A stretch of DNA of 32,414 nt from a virus (taxonomy: Duplodnaviria; Caudoviricetes). Positions 1 through 9,331 of this stretch are shown in pieces. The position numbers and the translations under genes were made by a program. Position 1 is the stretch's first letter, and each line of letters opens with the position of its first letter. The notes beneath the pieces are model-generated. The model did no database searches. It had not been told where the DNA came from and saw only the letters and a list, made by a program, of their open reading frames with translations. The DNA lies in IMG/VR virus record IMGVR_UViG_3300017774_002082, positions 1 to 32,414 of that record; one strand, given 5' to 3'.

Positions 1-2
1 GC

Positions 3-290
3 AAGTTTGTGCGTATCATCGTGGAGCAGAAGACGAAGCCGTACCTGTTTGAGAAGTTCGTAGACTCAGTATATGCTTCCGCTCCTCACGGGGTCACGAT
101 CATTGAAGACCTTCAGCCTGACCAAAACGGGGATGGGGATAGCGACCTCGTTGACTTGGGTGAGGACACCATCACCATCATCAACAAGGAGATTGAAGCC
201 CTTCAGAATATTTCTGATCCGAAGCGGCTAAAGACCCTTGTGCGTGACCTGTATGCGGAGTGCATTGCAAACGAGACTGCCAAGCCATGA
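3..290 (+). CDS. gp47: Recombination endonuclease subunit gp47 (Mre11/SbcD-like), C-terminal fragment; 5' end outside window
   Basis: Frame is open from the window start (KFVRIIVEQKTKPYLFEKFVD...EDT...LY.E), typical of T4-like gp47 C-termini; its TGA overlaps the gp46 ATG (ATGA 287-290). Confidence 0.85.
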   Translation, partial: KFVRIIVEQKTKPYLFEKFVDSVYASAPHGVTIIEDLQPDQNGDGDSDLVDLGEDTITIINKEIEALQNISDPKRLKTLVRDLYAECIANETAKP

Positions 291-1999
291 TTACATTCAA
301 TAAAATCCGTTGGAAGAACCTGTTGAGTACGGGAAACCTGTTCACGGAAGTGCAGTTGGACAAGCACTCCACCACACTCATCTGCGGCGAGAACGGTGCG
401 GGCAAGACCACCATGTTGGATGCCCTCACCTTTGTGCTGTACGGCAAGCCGTTTCGAAACATCAATCTGCCGCAGATCGTGAACTCCATCAACGGCAAGG
501 ACTGCGTGGTGGAGATTGAGTTCACATCAAACGGCAGCAAGTACAAGGTTGTCCGTGGTCTTGCTCCGAAGGTGTTCACCATTGAGAAGGATGGCAAGAC
601 CGTTGAGCAGACGGCGAATGCAAAGGATTACCAAGCCATTCTTGAAGGACAAATCCTCAAGATGAACTACAAGACTTTCTGTCAGGTGGTTATTCTTGGC
701 TCCACGAACTATGTGCCATTCATGCGTCTTCCTGCTGCGGATCGCCGCAACATCGTGGAGAACCTGTTGGACATTGATGTGTTCTCCAAGATGAACGAAG
801 CCCTGAAGTCGCGGTTGCTGTCCACAAAGGAAGAACTGCGCTCTGTGGAGTCCACGATCAGCACGGTGAAGATGAAGATTGAACACAAGGCGGACATGGT
901 CAAGAAGATTGAGGAGAAGTCCGACTCACAACTGGACTCGTACAAGAAGTCCGCTGCGGAGGAGCAGGAATCCCTGCAAACCCTGCTTGAGCGGAAGGCT
1001 GCTCTACAGACTGAGATTGCTGAACTTGCAGAGAGCGTGGCATCGGTGGACAAGCAGCGGGACTCCATCTCGCAGATGAGCGTATTGCGTAAGCAGATGC
1101 AGGGTGGTGTGAAGAAGGTGCAGGTCGAGAAGGCGTTCTACGAGCAGAACGAGGAGTGTCCTGTGTGCAAGCACGGATTGCCTACAGAGTTCCGTGAGGA
1201 CATGATCGGTAAGAAGGAAGCCCGTGAAACGGAACTGGCACTTGCTCTACAGAAGATGGAGCGGATGCTTGAGGACGCGCGGACGAAACTTGACATTGCA
1301 AATGTGGTGGTGAAGCAGATAGACGACAAGCGGCAGGAGTCACACAAGACCGATTCCGCCATCAACTCGTCCAAGAAGTATCTGAAGCAGTTGCAGGAAC
1401 TCGCAGAGAAGGTGCAGCGGGAGAAGGGTTCCATTCAGACCGAACGGGATGCCATCACCACGCTTCAAGCAGAAGAGGACGCAGCAGAAGGGCAGAAGAA
1501 AGAGTTTGTTGAGGACTTGCACACGATGGAGATTGCCACGGTGCTGCTGAAGGACAGCGGCATCAAGCGCAAGATCATTCGTAAATACATTCCTGCTCTC
1601 AATAAAATTATCAACAAGTATTTGATTTCAATGGATTTCTTCGCCCAGTTCACCCTGAACGAGGACTTTAATGAAATAATCAAGAGCCGCCACCGTGACG
1701 AATTTTCATATGAAAATTTCAGCGAGGGTGAAAAATTGAGGATTGATGTTTCTCTCTTGCTTGCGTGGCGGGACATTGCTAGAATGAAGAACAGTGCCAA
1801 CACGAACCTGCTCATCCTTGACGAAGTATTTGATTCCTCTCTTGATGCCGTTGGCACAGAAGAGGTAATTAAGATTCTGCAAGGCATGGGCGGGAGTAGT
1901 AACATCTTTGTGATCTCTCACAAGTCTGACCAACTGCTAGATAAGTTCCAGAACATCTTGACCTATAAGAAGGTCAACAACTTCAGCAAACTATGCTAA
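287..1999 (+). CDS. gp46: Recombination ATPase gp46 (Rad50/SbcC-like)
   Basis: Walker A GENGAGKTT, central coiled coil with CPVC zinc hook, signature FSEGEK, Walker B LLILDEVFD, H-loop ISH; start MITFNKIRWKNLLSTGN. Confidence 0.97.
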   Translation: MITFNKIRWKNLLSTGNLFTEVQLDKHSTTLICGENGAGKTTMLDALTFVLYGKPFRNINLPQIVNSINGKDCVVEIEFTSNGSKYKVVRGLAPKVFTIEKDGKTVEQTANAKDYQAILEGQILKMNYKTFCQVVILGSTNYVPFMRLPAADRRNIVENLLDIDVFSKMNEALKSRLLSTKEELRSVESTISTVKMKIEHKADMVKKIEEKSDSQLDSYKKSAAEEQESLQTLLERKAALQTEIAELAESVASVDKQRDSISQMSVLRKQMQGGVKKVQVEKAFYEQNEECPVCKHGLPTEFREDMIGKKEARETELALALQKMERMLEDARTKLDIANVVVKQIDDKRQESHKTDSAINSSKKYLKQLQELAEKVQREKGSIQTERDAITTLQAEEDAAEGQKKEFVEDLHTMEIATVLLKDSGIKRKIIRKYIPALNKIINKYLISMDFFAQFTLNEDFNEIIKSRHRDEFSYENFSEGEKLRIDVSLLLAWRDIARMKNSANTNLLILDEVFDSSLDAVGTEEVIKILQGMGGSSNIFVISHKSDQLLDKFQNILTYKKVNNFSKLC

Positions 2000-3114
2000 C
2001 CATGAGTCGGAAAATTTCAAACGAACGAGCGCGAAACATCCTGTCGGGTGGAGCAGAACCCCACTACGATCCTGCCACCACCGCAGAAGACTTGGATCTA
2101 GTGTTTGAAAAATCACTGTACTGGTACAGGCAGAATTACAAACTCCCGTCTGCCAAGGTGTGGGTGCGTGATTACTTGGAAGAAAGCGGACGCAGCGAAG
2201 ACGCGGCACTCGTTACCCGTGCAGGAAAGGAACATTTCCGATTCGTGGCTCCGTACTGCCGCATGGCTATTCTTGGGTTCCCGTTCTCTGAAAAGCAGCA
2301 AGAACTCATTCAAAAGCACTTGACAGAACTGCTCCAAAGCGCGAGAGCCAATGCTCCTGTAGTGGAGCGTCCAAGCGTGGCGGATCGTGTGGCAGCAAAG
2401 GCTGATGCCACCCTGTGCCTGTTGGAGCCTGTGCTTGATGACGCTATGGCAGCGGTGCGTGGCGGCAAGCGCAAGGACAATTCCATTCTTGATTGGATCA
2501 AGAGCAGCGACTTGAATCGCCCCCTTGCACTCGCAGTGCGGGATCGGTTGGATTGTGTACTTCAGGAGTTTTGCCTTGCACACAGCGGCAAAGACCCCGA
2601 TCTGAAGGAGGGGTATTCCCACTTCAGCCCGAAGGCTTTGAAGTATATGATTGAAATACTGCAAGCGGCAATTCAAAATTTGGATGACCGCATCGGGGTT
2701 CTCCGTGCATCCCGCAAGCCGCGCAAGACGAAGCCCAAGAGTGCAGAAAAGCAAATAAAGGGACTAAAGTTCCTCAGCCGAAGTGAGGCTTTTGGGGTTG
2801 ACTCTGCGAAGCCACAGGCTATCATTGGGTCACAAGGACTGATCGTGTTCAACACCAAGAACAACAAAGCCACCGTCTTCATCGCAGTTGAGCCGAAGAG
2901 CGGACTGTCGGTGAAGGGTTCCACTTTGGTTGGTTTTGATTCCGCAAAGTCCTTTGAGAAGACTGTGCGGAAGCCTGACGAGTTCCTGAAGAACACGGAC
3001 GGATGCCGCAAGACTTTTACCGCTGCGGTGCGTTACCTCAACGGCGTGAAGACAAAGCAGGGCGAACCCACGGGTCGCATCAACAAGCACTGCCTACTGC
3101 TACAGGTGAACTAA
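1993..3114 (+). CDS. Conserved T4-like phage hypothetical protein (upstream of RNase H)
   Basis: 373-aa ORF coupled to gp46 and rnh; basic KPRKTKPKSAEKQIKGLKF segment and SFEKTVRKP...GRIN C-terminus recall a conserved gene of aquatic T4-like phages. Start could be 2002. Confidence 0.75.
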   Translation: MLTMSRKISNERARNILSGGAEPHYDPATTAEDLDLVFEKSLYWYRQNYKLPSAKVWVRDYLEESGRSEDAALVTRAGKEHFRFVAPYCRMAILGFPFSEKQQELIQKHLTELLQSARANAPVVERPSVADRVAAKADATLCLLEPVLDDAMAAVRGGKRKDNSILDWIKSSDLNRPLALAVRDRLDCVLQEFCLAHSGKDPDLKEGYSHFSPKALKYMIEILQAAIQNLDDRIGVLRASRKPRKTKPKSAEKQIKGLKFLSRSEAFGVDSAKPQAIIGSQGLIVFNTKNNKATVFIAVEPKSGLSVKGSTLVGFDSAKSFEKTVRKPDEFLKNTDGCRKTFTAAVRYLNGVKTKQGEPTGRINKHCLLLQVN

Positions 3115-3962
3115 TGATTCTCGTTGACAACACACAGGTATTGATGTCATCCATCTTTGCACAGCACAGAGATGTTGCTGCTATTGATGAAGACCTTGTT
3201 CGTCACATGGTGCTGAACACCTACAGGATGTACCGCAAGAAGTTCTTCCGCGAGTACGGAGAACTTGTGATCTGCGAGGATGGCGGTGCATCGTGGCGGC
3301 GGGATTTCTTCCCGCTCTACAAGGCAAAGCGAAGGGCAGACCGCAAGGAGAATCCCGAGCAGTGGGAGCGGTTCTATGACATCATCAACCGCATCCGCGC
3401 CGAAGTCGCGGAAATCTTTCCGTACAGGAATATGCTTGTGCAGGGATGCGAAGCGGACGATATTATTGCATTCCTCGCAAAGCGATACGCTCCGAGCGAG
3501 AAGGTTCTCATTCTGAGCGGAGACAAGGATTTTGGTCAGTTGCAGATCCATCAGAATGTCGTGCAGTACTCTCCCTTGCTGAAGAAGTTCGTGGAAGTTG
3601 ATGCACCGCAGAAGTTCCTGCTTGAACACATTGTTCGCGGTGATTCGTCTGACGGAGTTCCAAATATTCTGTCAGATGATGACTGCTTCATGGCAGAGGA
3701 CAAGCGGCAGAAGCCAGTCACGCAGAAGCGTATGGACGAAATCCTGAAGGAATACGCGGACACGGGCAAGGTGTCCGACAAGTACGCAGTTAATTGGAAC
3801 AGAAACAGCACCCTGATCAATTTGCTGAATATTCCCGCCGAGTACGAATCAAAGATTGAATCGGAGTGGAATAAGCCGTTTACACCCTCTCGCGCCAAGA
3901 TTCTGAACTACATGATAGAGAAGGGATTACGCAACCTGATTGAGGACATTGGAGATTTCTGA
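3114..3962 (+). CDS. rnh: T4-type RNase H / 5'-3' flap exonuclease
   Basis: MILVD start, SWRR.FFP.YKA.R, EADDIIA, ILSGDKDF.QL and GD.SDGVPNILSDD motifs of the FEN/T4 RNase H family. Confidence 0.95.
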   Translation: MILVDNTQVLMSSIFAQHRDVAAIDEDLVRHMVLNTYRMYRKKFFREYGELVICEDGGASWRRDFFPLYKAKRRADRKENPEQWERFYDIINRIRAEVAEIFPYRNMLVQGCEADDIIAFLAKRYAPSEKVLILSGDKDFGQLQIHQNVVQYSPLLKKFVEVDAPQKFLLEHIVRGDSSDGVPNILSDDDCFMAEDKRQKPVTQKRMDEILKEYADTGKVSDKYAVNWNRNSTLINLLNIPAEYESKIESEWNKPFTPSRAKILNYMIEKGLRNLIEDIGDF

Positions 3963-4144
3963 TGCAAGACCGCATGGACTACGACAGCCGTGACCCCGCC
4001 GCGAAGAAGGCTCGTAAGAGCGTGGAGAGCAAGCACAAGAGCCGCCGCCGCCACGATGAGAAGGAACATCTGAAGCGTTTTATGGATGATTACAATGCAG
4101 GAAAGCGAGACTTTGATTATGACGAGTACGAAGACAATGACTAA
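3962..4144 (+). CDS. Small hypothetical protein, basic centre and acidic tail
   Basis: 60 aa; GGAGA RBS upstream; overlaps rnh stop (TGATG) and gp45 start. Confidence 0.7.
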   Translation: MQDRMDYDSRDPAAKKARKSVESKHKSRRRHDEKEHLKRFMDDYNAGKRDFDYDEYEDND

Positions 4145-4823
4145 TACCATCACCATCTCAAAGCGAACTCTTGAAATCCTCAAGAACTTCGCATCCATCA
4201 ACTCTGGCATCATCGTGAACGAGGGCAACACCCTGAACACTCTGTCGTCCACGAAGAACATTCTCGCGGAAGCCAAGGTTGGCGAGACTTTCACGAAGTC
4301 GTTTGCCATTTGGGACTTAAACAAGTTCCTTGGCACCGTGAGCCTGTTCAAGGATCCCGAGTTCATGTTTGAGGAGAACTACATCACGGTGAAGAGCGGC
4401 AAGTCCAGTGTGCGGTACTACTACTGCGACCCAAAGTTGGTGACTTCCACAAGCAAGAAGATCGCCATGCCGTCCCCCGTGGTGCAGTTTGATCTCACGG
4501 CAAAGGATTTCGCGGACATCATCAAGGCAGCGTCCGTGCTTCAGGTGGGACACCTGTGCGTCCGCTCGTCTGCTGACGGTTCCAAGATTGAACTTGCCGC
4601 CACGGACAAGGGCGATGTGACCTCCAACTTCTATTCGCTTGCGGTGGGAGACAACACTTCAGGAGCCACATTTGAGTTTATCTTTGATGTGGACAACCTG
4701 AAGATCCTGCCTGGCGACTATACCGTTGCCATTTCGGAGAAGGTTGTTTCGTCCTTCTCCAACAAGAATGAACCGCTGACCTATTGGATTGCTCTGAACG
4801 CTGACTCTACCTACGAGGCTTGA
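4137..4823 (+). CDS. gp45: Sliding clamp gp45, copy 1
   Basis: ISKRTLEILKNFASINSGI, KNILAEA, FAIWDLNKFL, NLKILPGDY.V.IS, YWIAL motifs; canonical position before gp44. Confidence 0.95.
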   Translation: MTNTITISKRTLEILKNFASINSGIIVNEGNTLNTLSSTKNILAEAKVGETFTKSFAIWDLNKFLGTVSLFKDPEFMFEENYITVKSGKSSVRYYYCDPKLVTSTSKKIAMPSPVVQFDLTAKDFADIIKAASVLQVGHLCVRSSADGSKIELAATDKGDVTSNFYSLAVGDNTSGATFEFIFDVDNLKILPGDYTVAISEKVVSSFSNKNEPLTYWIALNADSTYEA

Positions 4824-4826
4824 TTC

Positions 4827-5780
4827 GTGACTACAACTGAAACCGTGAAGGGTCTTTGGGTTGAGAAGTACCGCCCACAGACCGTGGAAGACTGCATTTT
4901 GCCAACGGAAACGCATGAGAGTTTCATGCGGATGGTTGAACGGGGAGAACCACAGAACCTCCTGTTGTCGGGAGGACCAGGCTGTGGCAAGACCTCCGTG
5001 GCAAAGGCACTCTGCAATGATCTTGGTTGTGATACCATGATCATCAACTGTTCCGAAGACGGAAACATTGATACCCTTCGGACAAAGATTCGCAGTTTCG
5101 CTTCCACCGTGTCCTTGACCGATGGGGTCAAGAAGGTCGTGATCTTGGACGAGTTTGACTATTCAAACGCACAGTCCACTCAACCCGCCCTTCGCGGTTT
5201 CATTGAAGAGTTTGCGGACAACTGCCGCTTCATCCTGACTTGCAACTTCAAGAACAGGGTGATTGAGCCGCTGCACTCCCGATGCACCTGCATTGACTTC
5301 CGCATTCCGTCCAAGGAGAAGCCTGCTCTCGCGGTGAAGTTCCTGAAGCGGGCAGCGGAAATCCTTGAGGCAGAGGGAGTGCAGTACGATGAGAAGGTGG
5401 TAGCCCAACTCATTATGAAGTACTTCCCCGACTTCCGCCGTACTCTGAACGAGTTGCAGCGGTACGCAGCAGGAGGCAGGATTGATGTGGGTATCCTGAA
5501 CAGCGTGGGTGATGTGGCTGTGAAGGAGTTGATCAAGCACATGAAGTCCAAGGATTTCGGTGCTGTCCGCAAGTGGGTGGTGGAGAACTTGGACAATGAT
5601 CAGACCCGCATCTTCAGGGCTATCTACGACAGCCTGTACGAGACTGCGGAGCCTGGCTCCATTCCTCAAGCCATTCTTGTGCTTGGCGACTACCAGTACA
5701 AGGCAGCGTTTGCAGCCGACCATGAGATCAATCTGACGGCGTGTCTTGTGCAGTTGATGATGGAGGTGAAGTTCAAGTGA
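4827..5780 (+). CDS. gp44: Clamp loader AAA+ subunit gp44, copy 1
   Basis: LWVEKYRP, Walker A GGPGCGKTS, Walker B VILDEFD, SRC arginine finger, PDFRR; GTG start. Confidence 0.97.
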   Translation: MTTTETVKGLWVEKYRPQTVEDCILPTETHESFMRMVERGEPQNLLLSGGPGCGKTSVAKALCNDLGCDTMIINCSEDGNIDTLRTKIRSFASTVSLTDGVKKVVILDEFDYSNAQSTQPALRGFIEEFADNCRFILTCNFKNRVIEPLHSRCTCIDFRIPSKEKPALAVKFLKRAAEILEAEGVQYDEKVVAQLIMKYFPDFRRTLNELQRYAAGGRIDVGILNSVGDVAVKELIKHMKSKDFGAVRKWVVENLDNDQTRIFRAIYDSLYETAEPGSIPQAILVLGDYQYKAAFAADHEINLTACLVQLMMEVKFK

Positions 5781-6169
5781 GCCACCAACTGACTGATTAT
5801 TTGAATGCCATCAATGTGAACAAGGAACCGCTCTTGGACGAGAGCGAGTCGTACACGAAGCAGTCGTATCCTCCGTTCGTGGTGACCCGCTGCTTGTCGT
5901 ATTTCCCCGACACGCTGTTCGCCGCGAACGAGATGAACATCCGCCCCCACTTGGATTCAAAAATGCACTTTGACTTCCTGCGGGGTGCGGTGCGTCCTCG
6001 CAAGCGATTCTCCAAGTGGCTTAAGCGCGAGGAGGATACCCGTGTAGCGGCTCTTGTGGAGTACTACGGCATCTCCACACGGAAGGCGCGGGAAGCCCTC
6101 TCCGTGCTGTCTGAAGAGGATGTGGAGGAGATACTTGCGGCGGTGGATAAGGGTGGAAAGCGGCGTTAA
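5777..6169 (+). CDS. gp62: Clamp loader small subunit gp62, copy 1
   Basis: Y.PF.V.R.LS...DT...ANEMN, RKRFSKWLK, YYG.S..KA, ends KGG; GTG overlaps gp44 stop. Confidence 0.92.
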   Translation: MSHQLTDYLNAINVNKEPLLDESESYTKQSYPPFVVTRCLSYFPDTLFAANEMNIRPHLDSKMHFDFLRGAVRPRKRFSKWLKREEDTRVAALVEYYGISTRKAREALSVLSEEDVEEILAAVDKGGKRR

Positions 6170-6170
6170 T

Positions 6171-6177
6171 CTAAATA
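6171..6177 (+). promoter_or_regulatory. T4-type late promoter-like motif CTAAATA upstream of regA copy 1
   Basis: Matches the TAAATA core of the T4 gp55 promoter TATAAATA; intergenic; the same motif precedes regA copy 2. Confidence 0.65.
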
Positions 6178-6214
6178 GTTCCGTGTCTGTTCAATATTTG
6201 GGAGTGAACGCAAC

Positions 6215-6652
6215 ATGGAACAAAACGAACGCTACATTGACCTTGAGACAACCGATCTGCTTGAGGTCACGCTACAGAAACCTGATGACTTCTTGAAAGT
6301 CCGTGAAACACTTACGCGCATTGGCGTATCGTCCCGAGCCGAAAAGAAGTTGTGGCAATCATGCCATATCCTCCATAAGAAGGGCAAGTACTATATTGTC
6401 CACTTCAAGGAGATGTTTGCGCTTGATGATCTACCAACCTCCATCAACACCGAAGACACGGGACGGCGTAACACCATCGCGTGTCTGCTTGAGGAGTGGG
6501 GACTGGTCAAGATCGTGGACAAGACAAAGATCACGGACAAGGTTCCGCTGAACAAAATAAAGATCCTGCCCTTCAAAGAGAAGGGCGAGTGGGAATTGTG
6601 TCCTAAATACCATATAGGGCGGTCAAAGAAGACCATGAAGCCCGAAGAGTGA
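6215..6652 (+). CDS. regA: Translational repressor RegA, copy 1
   Basis: DDFLKVRETLTRIGV, L.QSCHILHK.GKYYIVHFKE.F.LD, RRNTIA.LL.EWGL, W.L.PKY.IG. Confidence 0.97.
   Translation: MEQNERYIDLETTDLLEVTLQKPDDFLKVRETLTRIGVSSRAEKKLWQSCHILHKKGKYYIVHFKEMFALDDLPTSINTEDTGRRNTIACLLEEWGLVKIVDKTKITDKVPLNKIKILPFKEKGEWELCPKYHIGRSKKTMKPEE
6603..6609 (+). promoter_or_regulatory. Possible late promoter (CTAAATA) inside the regA 3' end, ahead of the glycan island
   Basis: About 60 nt upstream of the GT start at 6669; absent from the equivalent codons of regA copy 2. Confidence 0.4.
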
Positions 6653-6668
6653 ACAACGGAGATTTATA

Positions 6669-7370
6669 ATGAACCTAGTGATCAAGTTCCCTACCCGCAA
6701 TCGCCCCGACAAGTTCAAGGCTGTGTTCACGCGCTATCTTACCTTCCTTAGCGGACGGCATGATGTGCGTTTCATCATCACGATGGACGAAGACGACCTC
6801 ACCATGAACAACCCCGAGATGCAGCAGTGGCTAGCCACTCGCGCACAGAATGCACAGATTGAGTGCTTCTACGGGAACTCCAAGAGCAAGATTGAGGCTT
6901 GCAACGCGAACCTAGAGGGCGTGGACGGCGATGTGCTGCTGCTTGCGTCTGATGACATGATGCCCGTGCAGATGGGTTATGATGACATCATTGCGAAGTG
7001 CTATGAGCAGGCTTTTCCTGACTACGATGGTGCAATCAAGTTCTGGGATGGACTACGCCCAAAGGAAGACCCGCTGATGACCCTCACGGTCATGGGCTTC
7101 CCCCTGTACAAGCAGTTCGGGTACATCTACAATCCTGAATACAAGTCCCTGTACTGCGACAACGAGCAGACACAGGTTTGCGCTGCGCTGAACAAACTGC
7201 GCCGTTGCGATCTGTGCATCATTCAGCATCAGTGGACGAGTGAGCCGTTTGATACCCTCCACGCTCGTAACGAGAACGCGGAGATGTACGGTGTGGACGG
7301 TGAAACATTCAAGCGTAGAGCCGCAAACAAGTTTGATATGGAGAAGATGTTCAATGTCGCAAATGCTTGA
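6669..7370 (+). CDS. Glycosyltransferase, GT-A/GT2-like
   Basis: IKFPTR.R N-terminal strand, SKIEACN, LLLASDDM (DxD-like), SLYCDNE; GGAGA RBS. Confidence 0.8.
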   Translation: MNLVIKFPTRNRPDKFKAVFTRYLTFLSGRHDVRFIITMDEDDLTMNNPEMQQWLATRAQNAQIECFYGNSKSKIEACNANLEGVDGDVLLLASDDMMPVQMGYDDIIAKCYEQAFPDYDGAIKFWDGLRPKEDPLMTLTVMGFPLYKQFGYIYNPEYKSLYCDNEQTQVCAALNKLRRCDLCIIQHQWTSEPFDTLHARNENAEMYGVDGETFKRRAANKFDMEKMFNVANA

Positions 7371-7977
7371 ACACTACTGGCAAGATCCTATTTTTGAAGA
7401 GGGATACTTCACATATCCCAATCTTTATTCATACATTGTTCGACAGTTTCCCACCAAATCCCACTTTGTTGAAGTCGGTTGTTGGAAAGGTCGATCTGCT
7501 GCTTACATGGCGGTGGAGATAAACAATTCGGGAAAAGTTATCAGGTTTGATTGTGTTGATACATGGAAGGGAAGTTTCACGGAAGAACCACATCAAAATG
7601 ATCTGTCCGTGAAATCGGGAACCCTGTACGAAAAGTTCATGTCGAACACCGAACGAGTAAAGCATATTATAACTCCCATTCGAGGAGATTCGGTTTCTGT
7701 TGCGAGTCAATATGCAGATGATTCGCTTGATTTTGTGTTCATCGACGGCGATCACCGCTATGAGTGTGTGAAAGCAGATATTGAAGCGTGGTTGCCAAAG
7801 ATGAAGTCGGGAAGCATATTGGCTGGTCACGATTACGGATGGTGCGAAGATGTCCGTAGAGCAGTCCATGAAGTTTTGGGAGAAGGCACCGATTCATATA
7901 CAGATCGTTATGGAATATGTTACAAGTCATACGATGATCCTTGGGGCGAAGGCTGCTGGATCATAAAAATTGATTGA
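7354..7977 (+). CDS. Class I SAM-dependent methyltransferase (Methyltransf_24-like)
   Basis: FVEVGCWKGRS motif I, CVDTW, LDFVFIDGDHRYE.V..DI..W.PK.K.G.ILAGHDY. Confidence 0.9.
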   Translation: MSQMLEHYWQDPIFEEGYFTYPNLYSYIVRQFPTKSHFVEVGCWKGRSAAYMAVEINNSGKVIRFDCVDTWKGSFTEEPHQNDLSVKSGTLYEKFMSNTERVKHIITPIRGDSVSVASQYADDSLDFVFIDGDHRYECVKADIEAWLPKMKSGSILAGHDYGWCEDVRRAVHEVLGEGTDSYTDRYGICYKSYDDPWGEGCWIIKID

Positions 7978-7985
7978 GGAAAATC

Positions 7986-8624
7986 ATGCCAGTACCAGCA
8001 AGTGAAATCAAGTTTAGCATTCTTATTCTGTCCATTCCATCCCGCTTTGAATCATTGAAGGCGGCGGTTACGCACTTACAAGAACAAGCCGATGCCACGG
8101 GGCAGGGCAAATCCGTTGAGATTCTTGTGCTGCTTGACAACCGCTCCAAGAGCATTTCCGAGAAGCGCAATGACCTCCTGCAAATGGCACGGGGCAAGTA
8201 CATTGCGTTCTTGGACGATGACGATGCCGTCAGCAAGGACTACATGAGCAAGATCCTGACTGCCATTGACGAGAACGATGTGGACTGCATATCGTTCAAT
8301 CAGTGGTGCAGCATCAACGGCGAACCAATGGATGTGGAGTTCGGCATCGGAAATCCCCACGGGCAGTTGTGGCGGGACGAAGACGGCTTCCTTGGCGACA
8401 TCAAGCGTCCTCCGTATCATATGTGCCTGTGGCGGCGGGAGATTGCACAGAGCGAGGCGTTTAATCCTGTGTACGGAGCCAACGGTCAGTCTTCTGAAGA
8501 CATTGACTGGCTCATGCGTCTGTATCCCAAGATTCAGACAGAGCATCATATTGAGGATGCGCTGCACGGATACATCTACAGTTCGCAGACAACCACTTCT
8601 CTAGTGCCACAGGACGAACAGTGA
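7986..8624 (+). CDS. Glycosyltransferase family 2
   Basis: FSILILSIPSR, KRN.L...A.GKYIAFLDDDD, EDIDW; GAGGA RBS. Confidence 0.88.
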   Translation: MPVPASEIKFSILILSIPSRFESLKAAVTHLQEQADATGQGKSVEILVLLDNRSKSISEKRNDLLQMARGKYIAFLDDDDAVSKDYMSKILTAIDENDVDCISFNQWCSINGEPMDVEFGIGNPHGQLWRDEDGFLGDIKRPPYHMCLWRREIAQSEAFNPVYGANGQSSEDIDWLMRLYPKIQTEHHIEDALHGYIYSSQTTTSLVPQDEQ

Positions 8625-9331
8625 AAATCCTTCTCAACTACGCAGACGGCAAGTTCTTGGAATCACAGTTCAAGAATAGCCAGAGTGGTCTTGCCGCAGG
8701 ATTCAATGTGGTGTATCAAATGAGTCGTTCGGAGATTGACTCAGAATTTGCAGTACGCCATGATGGCATCTTGTCTCAAAAGAGGGGTGCTGGATATTGG
8801 TTGTGGAAATCTTATTTCATCAATAAAATACTACACAATATGGACGAGAACGATATCTTGTTTTATTCTGACTCTGGTTCTGTGTTTGTTCGCAGAGTTG
8901 AACCCATATTTCAAGCAGTGATTAATGATCCAAAGGGAATCATTGGATTTGCTCTTGCAGGTGGTCATCTAGAGAAGTATTACACCAAGCGTGATCTGTT
9001 TATTCATATGGGAATGAATACTACGGAATATACAGATACACCACAGCGAATGGCTAGTTTTATGTGCTTTCGTAAAACTCCTGAATCCATAGCGATAGCA
9101 TTGGAATATTCTCATCTCATTAGTGATCCACATCTACTTACCGATACCCCAAACAAGGATGGATGGATTGAACCAGGATTTGTAGACCACAGACACGACC
9201 AATCCATATGGAGCCTATTGACAAAGAAGCACGGCATTACTACACTGCCTGATCCCACACAGTGGGGTGTTCAGCACGGCGAGAATACGGAAGAACACCA
9301 ATACATTTTCCACACGCGAGATCCACGATGA
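8621..9331 (+). CDS. Putative glycosyltransferase-like protein
   Basis: RGAGYWLWK, ILFYSDSG and HRHDQS motifs typical of GT-A-like proteins of viral glycan clusters; GTG start. Confidence 0.65.
   Translation: MKILLNYADGKFLESQFKNSQSGLAAGFNVVYQMSRSEIDSEFAVRHDGILSQKRGAGYWLWKSYFINKILHNMDENDILFYSDSGSVFVRRVEPIFQAVINDPKGIIGFALAGGHLEKYYTKRDLFIHMGMNTTEYTDTPQRMASFMCFRKTPESIAIALEYSHLISDPHLLTDTPNKDGWIEPGFVDHRHDQSIWSLLTKKHGITTLPDPTQWGVQHGENTEEHQYIFHTRDPR

Noticed and set aside
1958-1977. Perfect inverted repeat TTGACCT-ATAAGA-AGGTCAA near the gp46 3' end
   Set aside because: Only 7 bp, lies in coding sequence, no second copy seen and no U-tract; plausible by chance.
2113-2754. 213-aa minus-strand ORF (and the many other antisense ORFs in the track)
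   Set aside because: Shadows of + strand genes with biased codon usage; no motifs or RBS.
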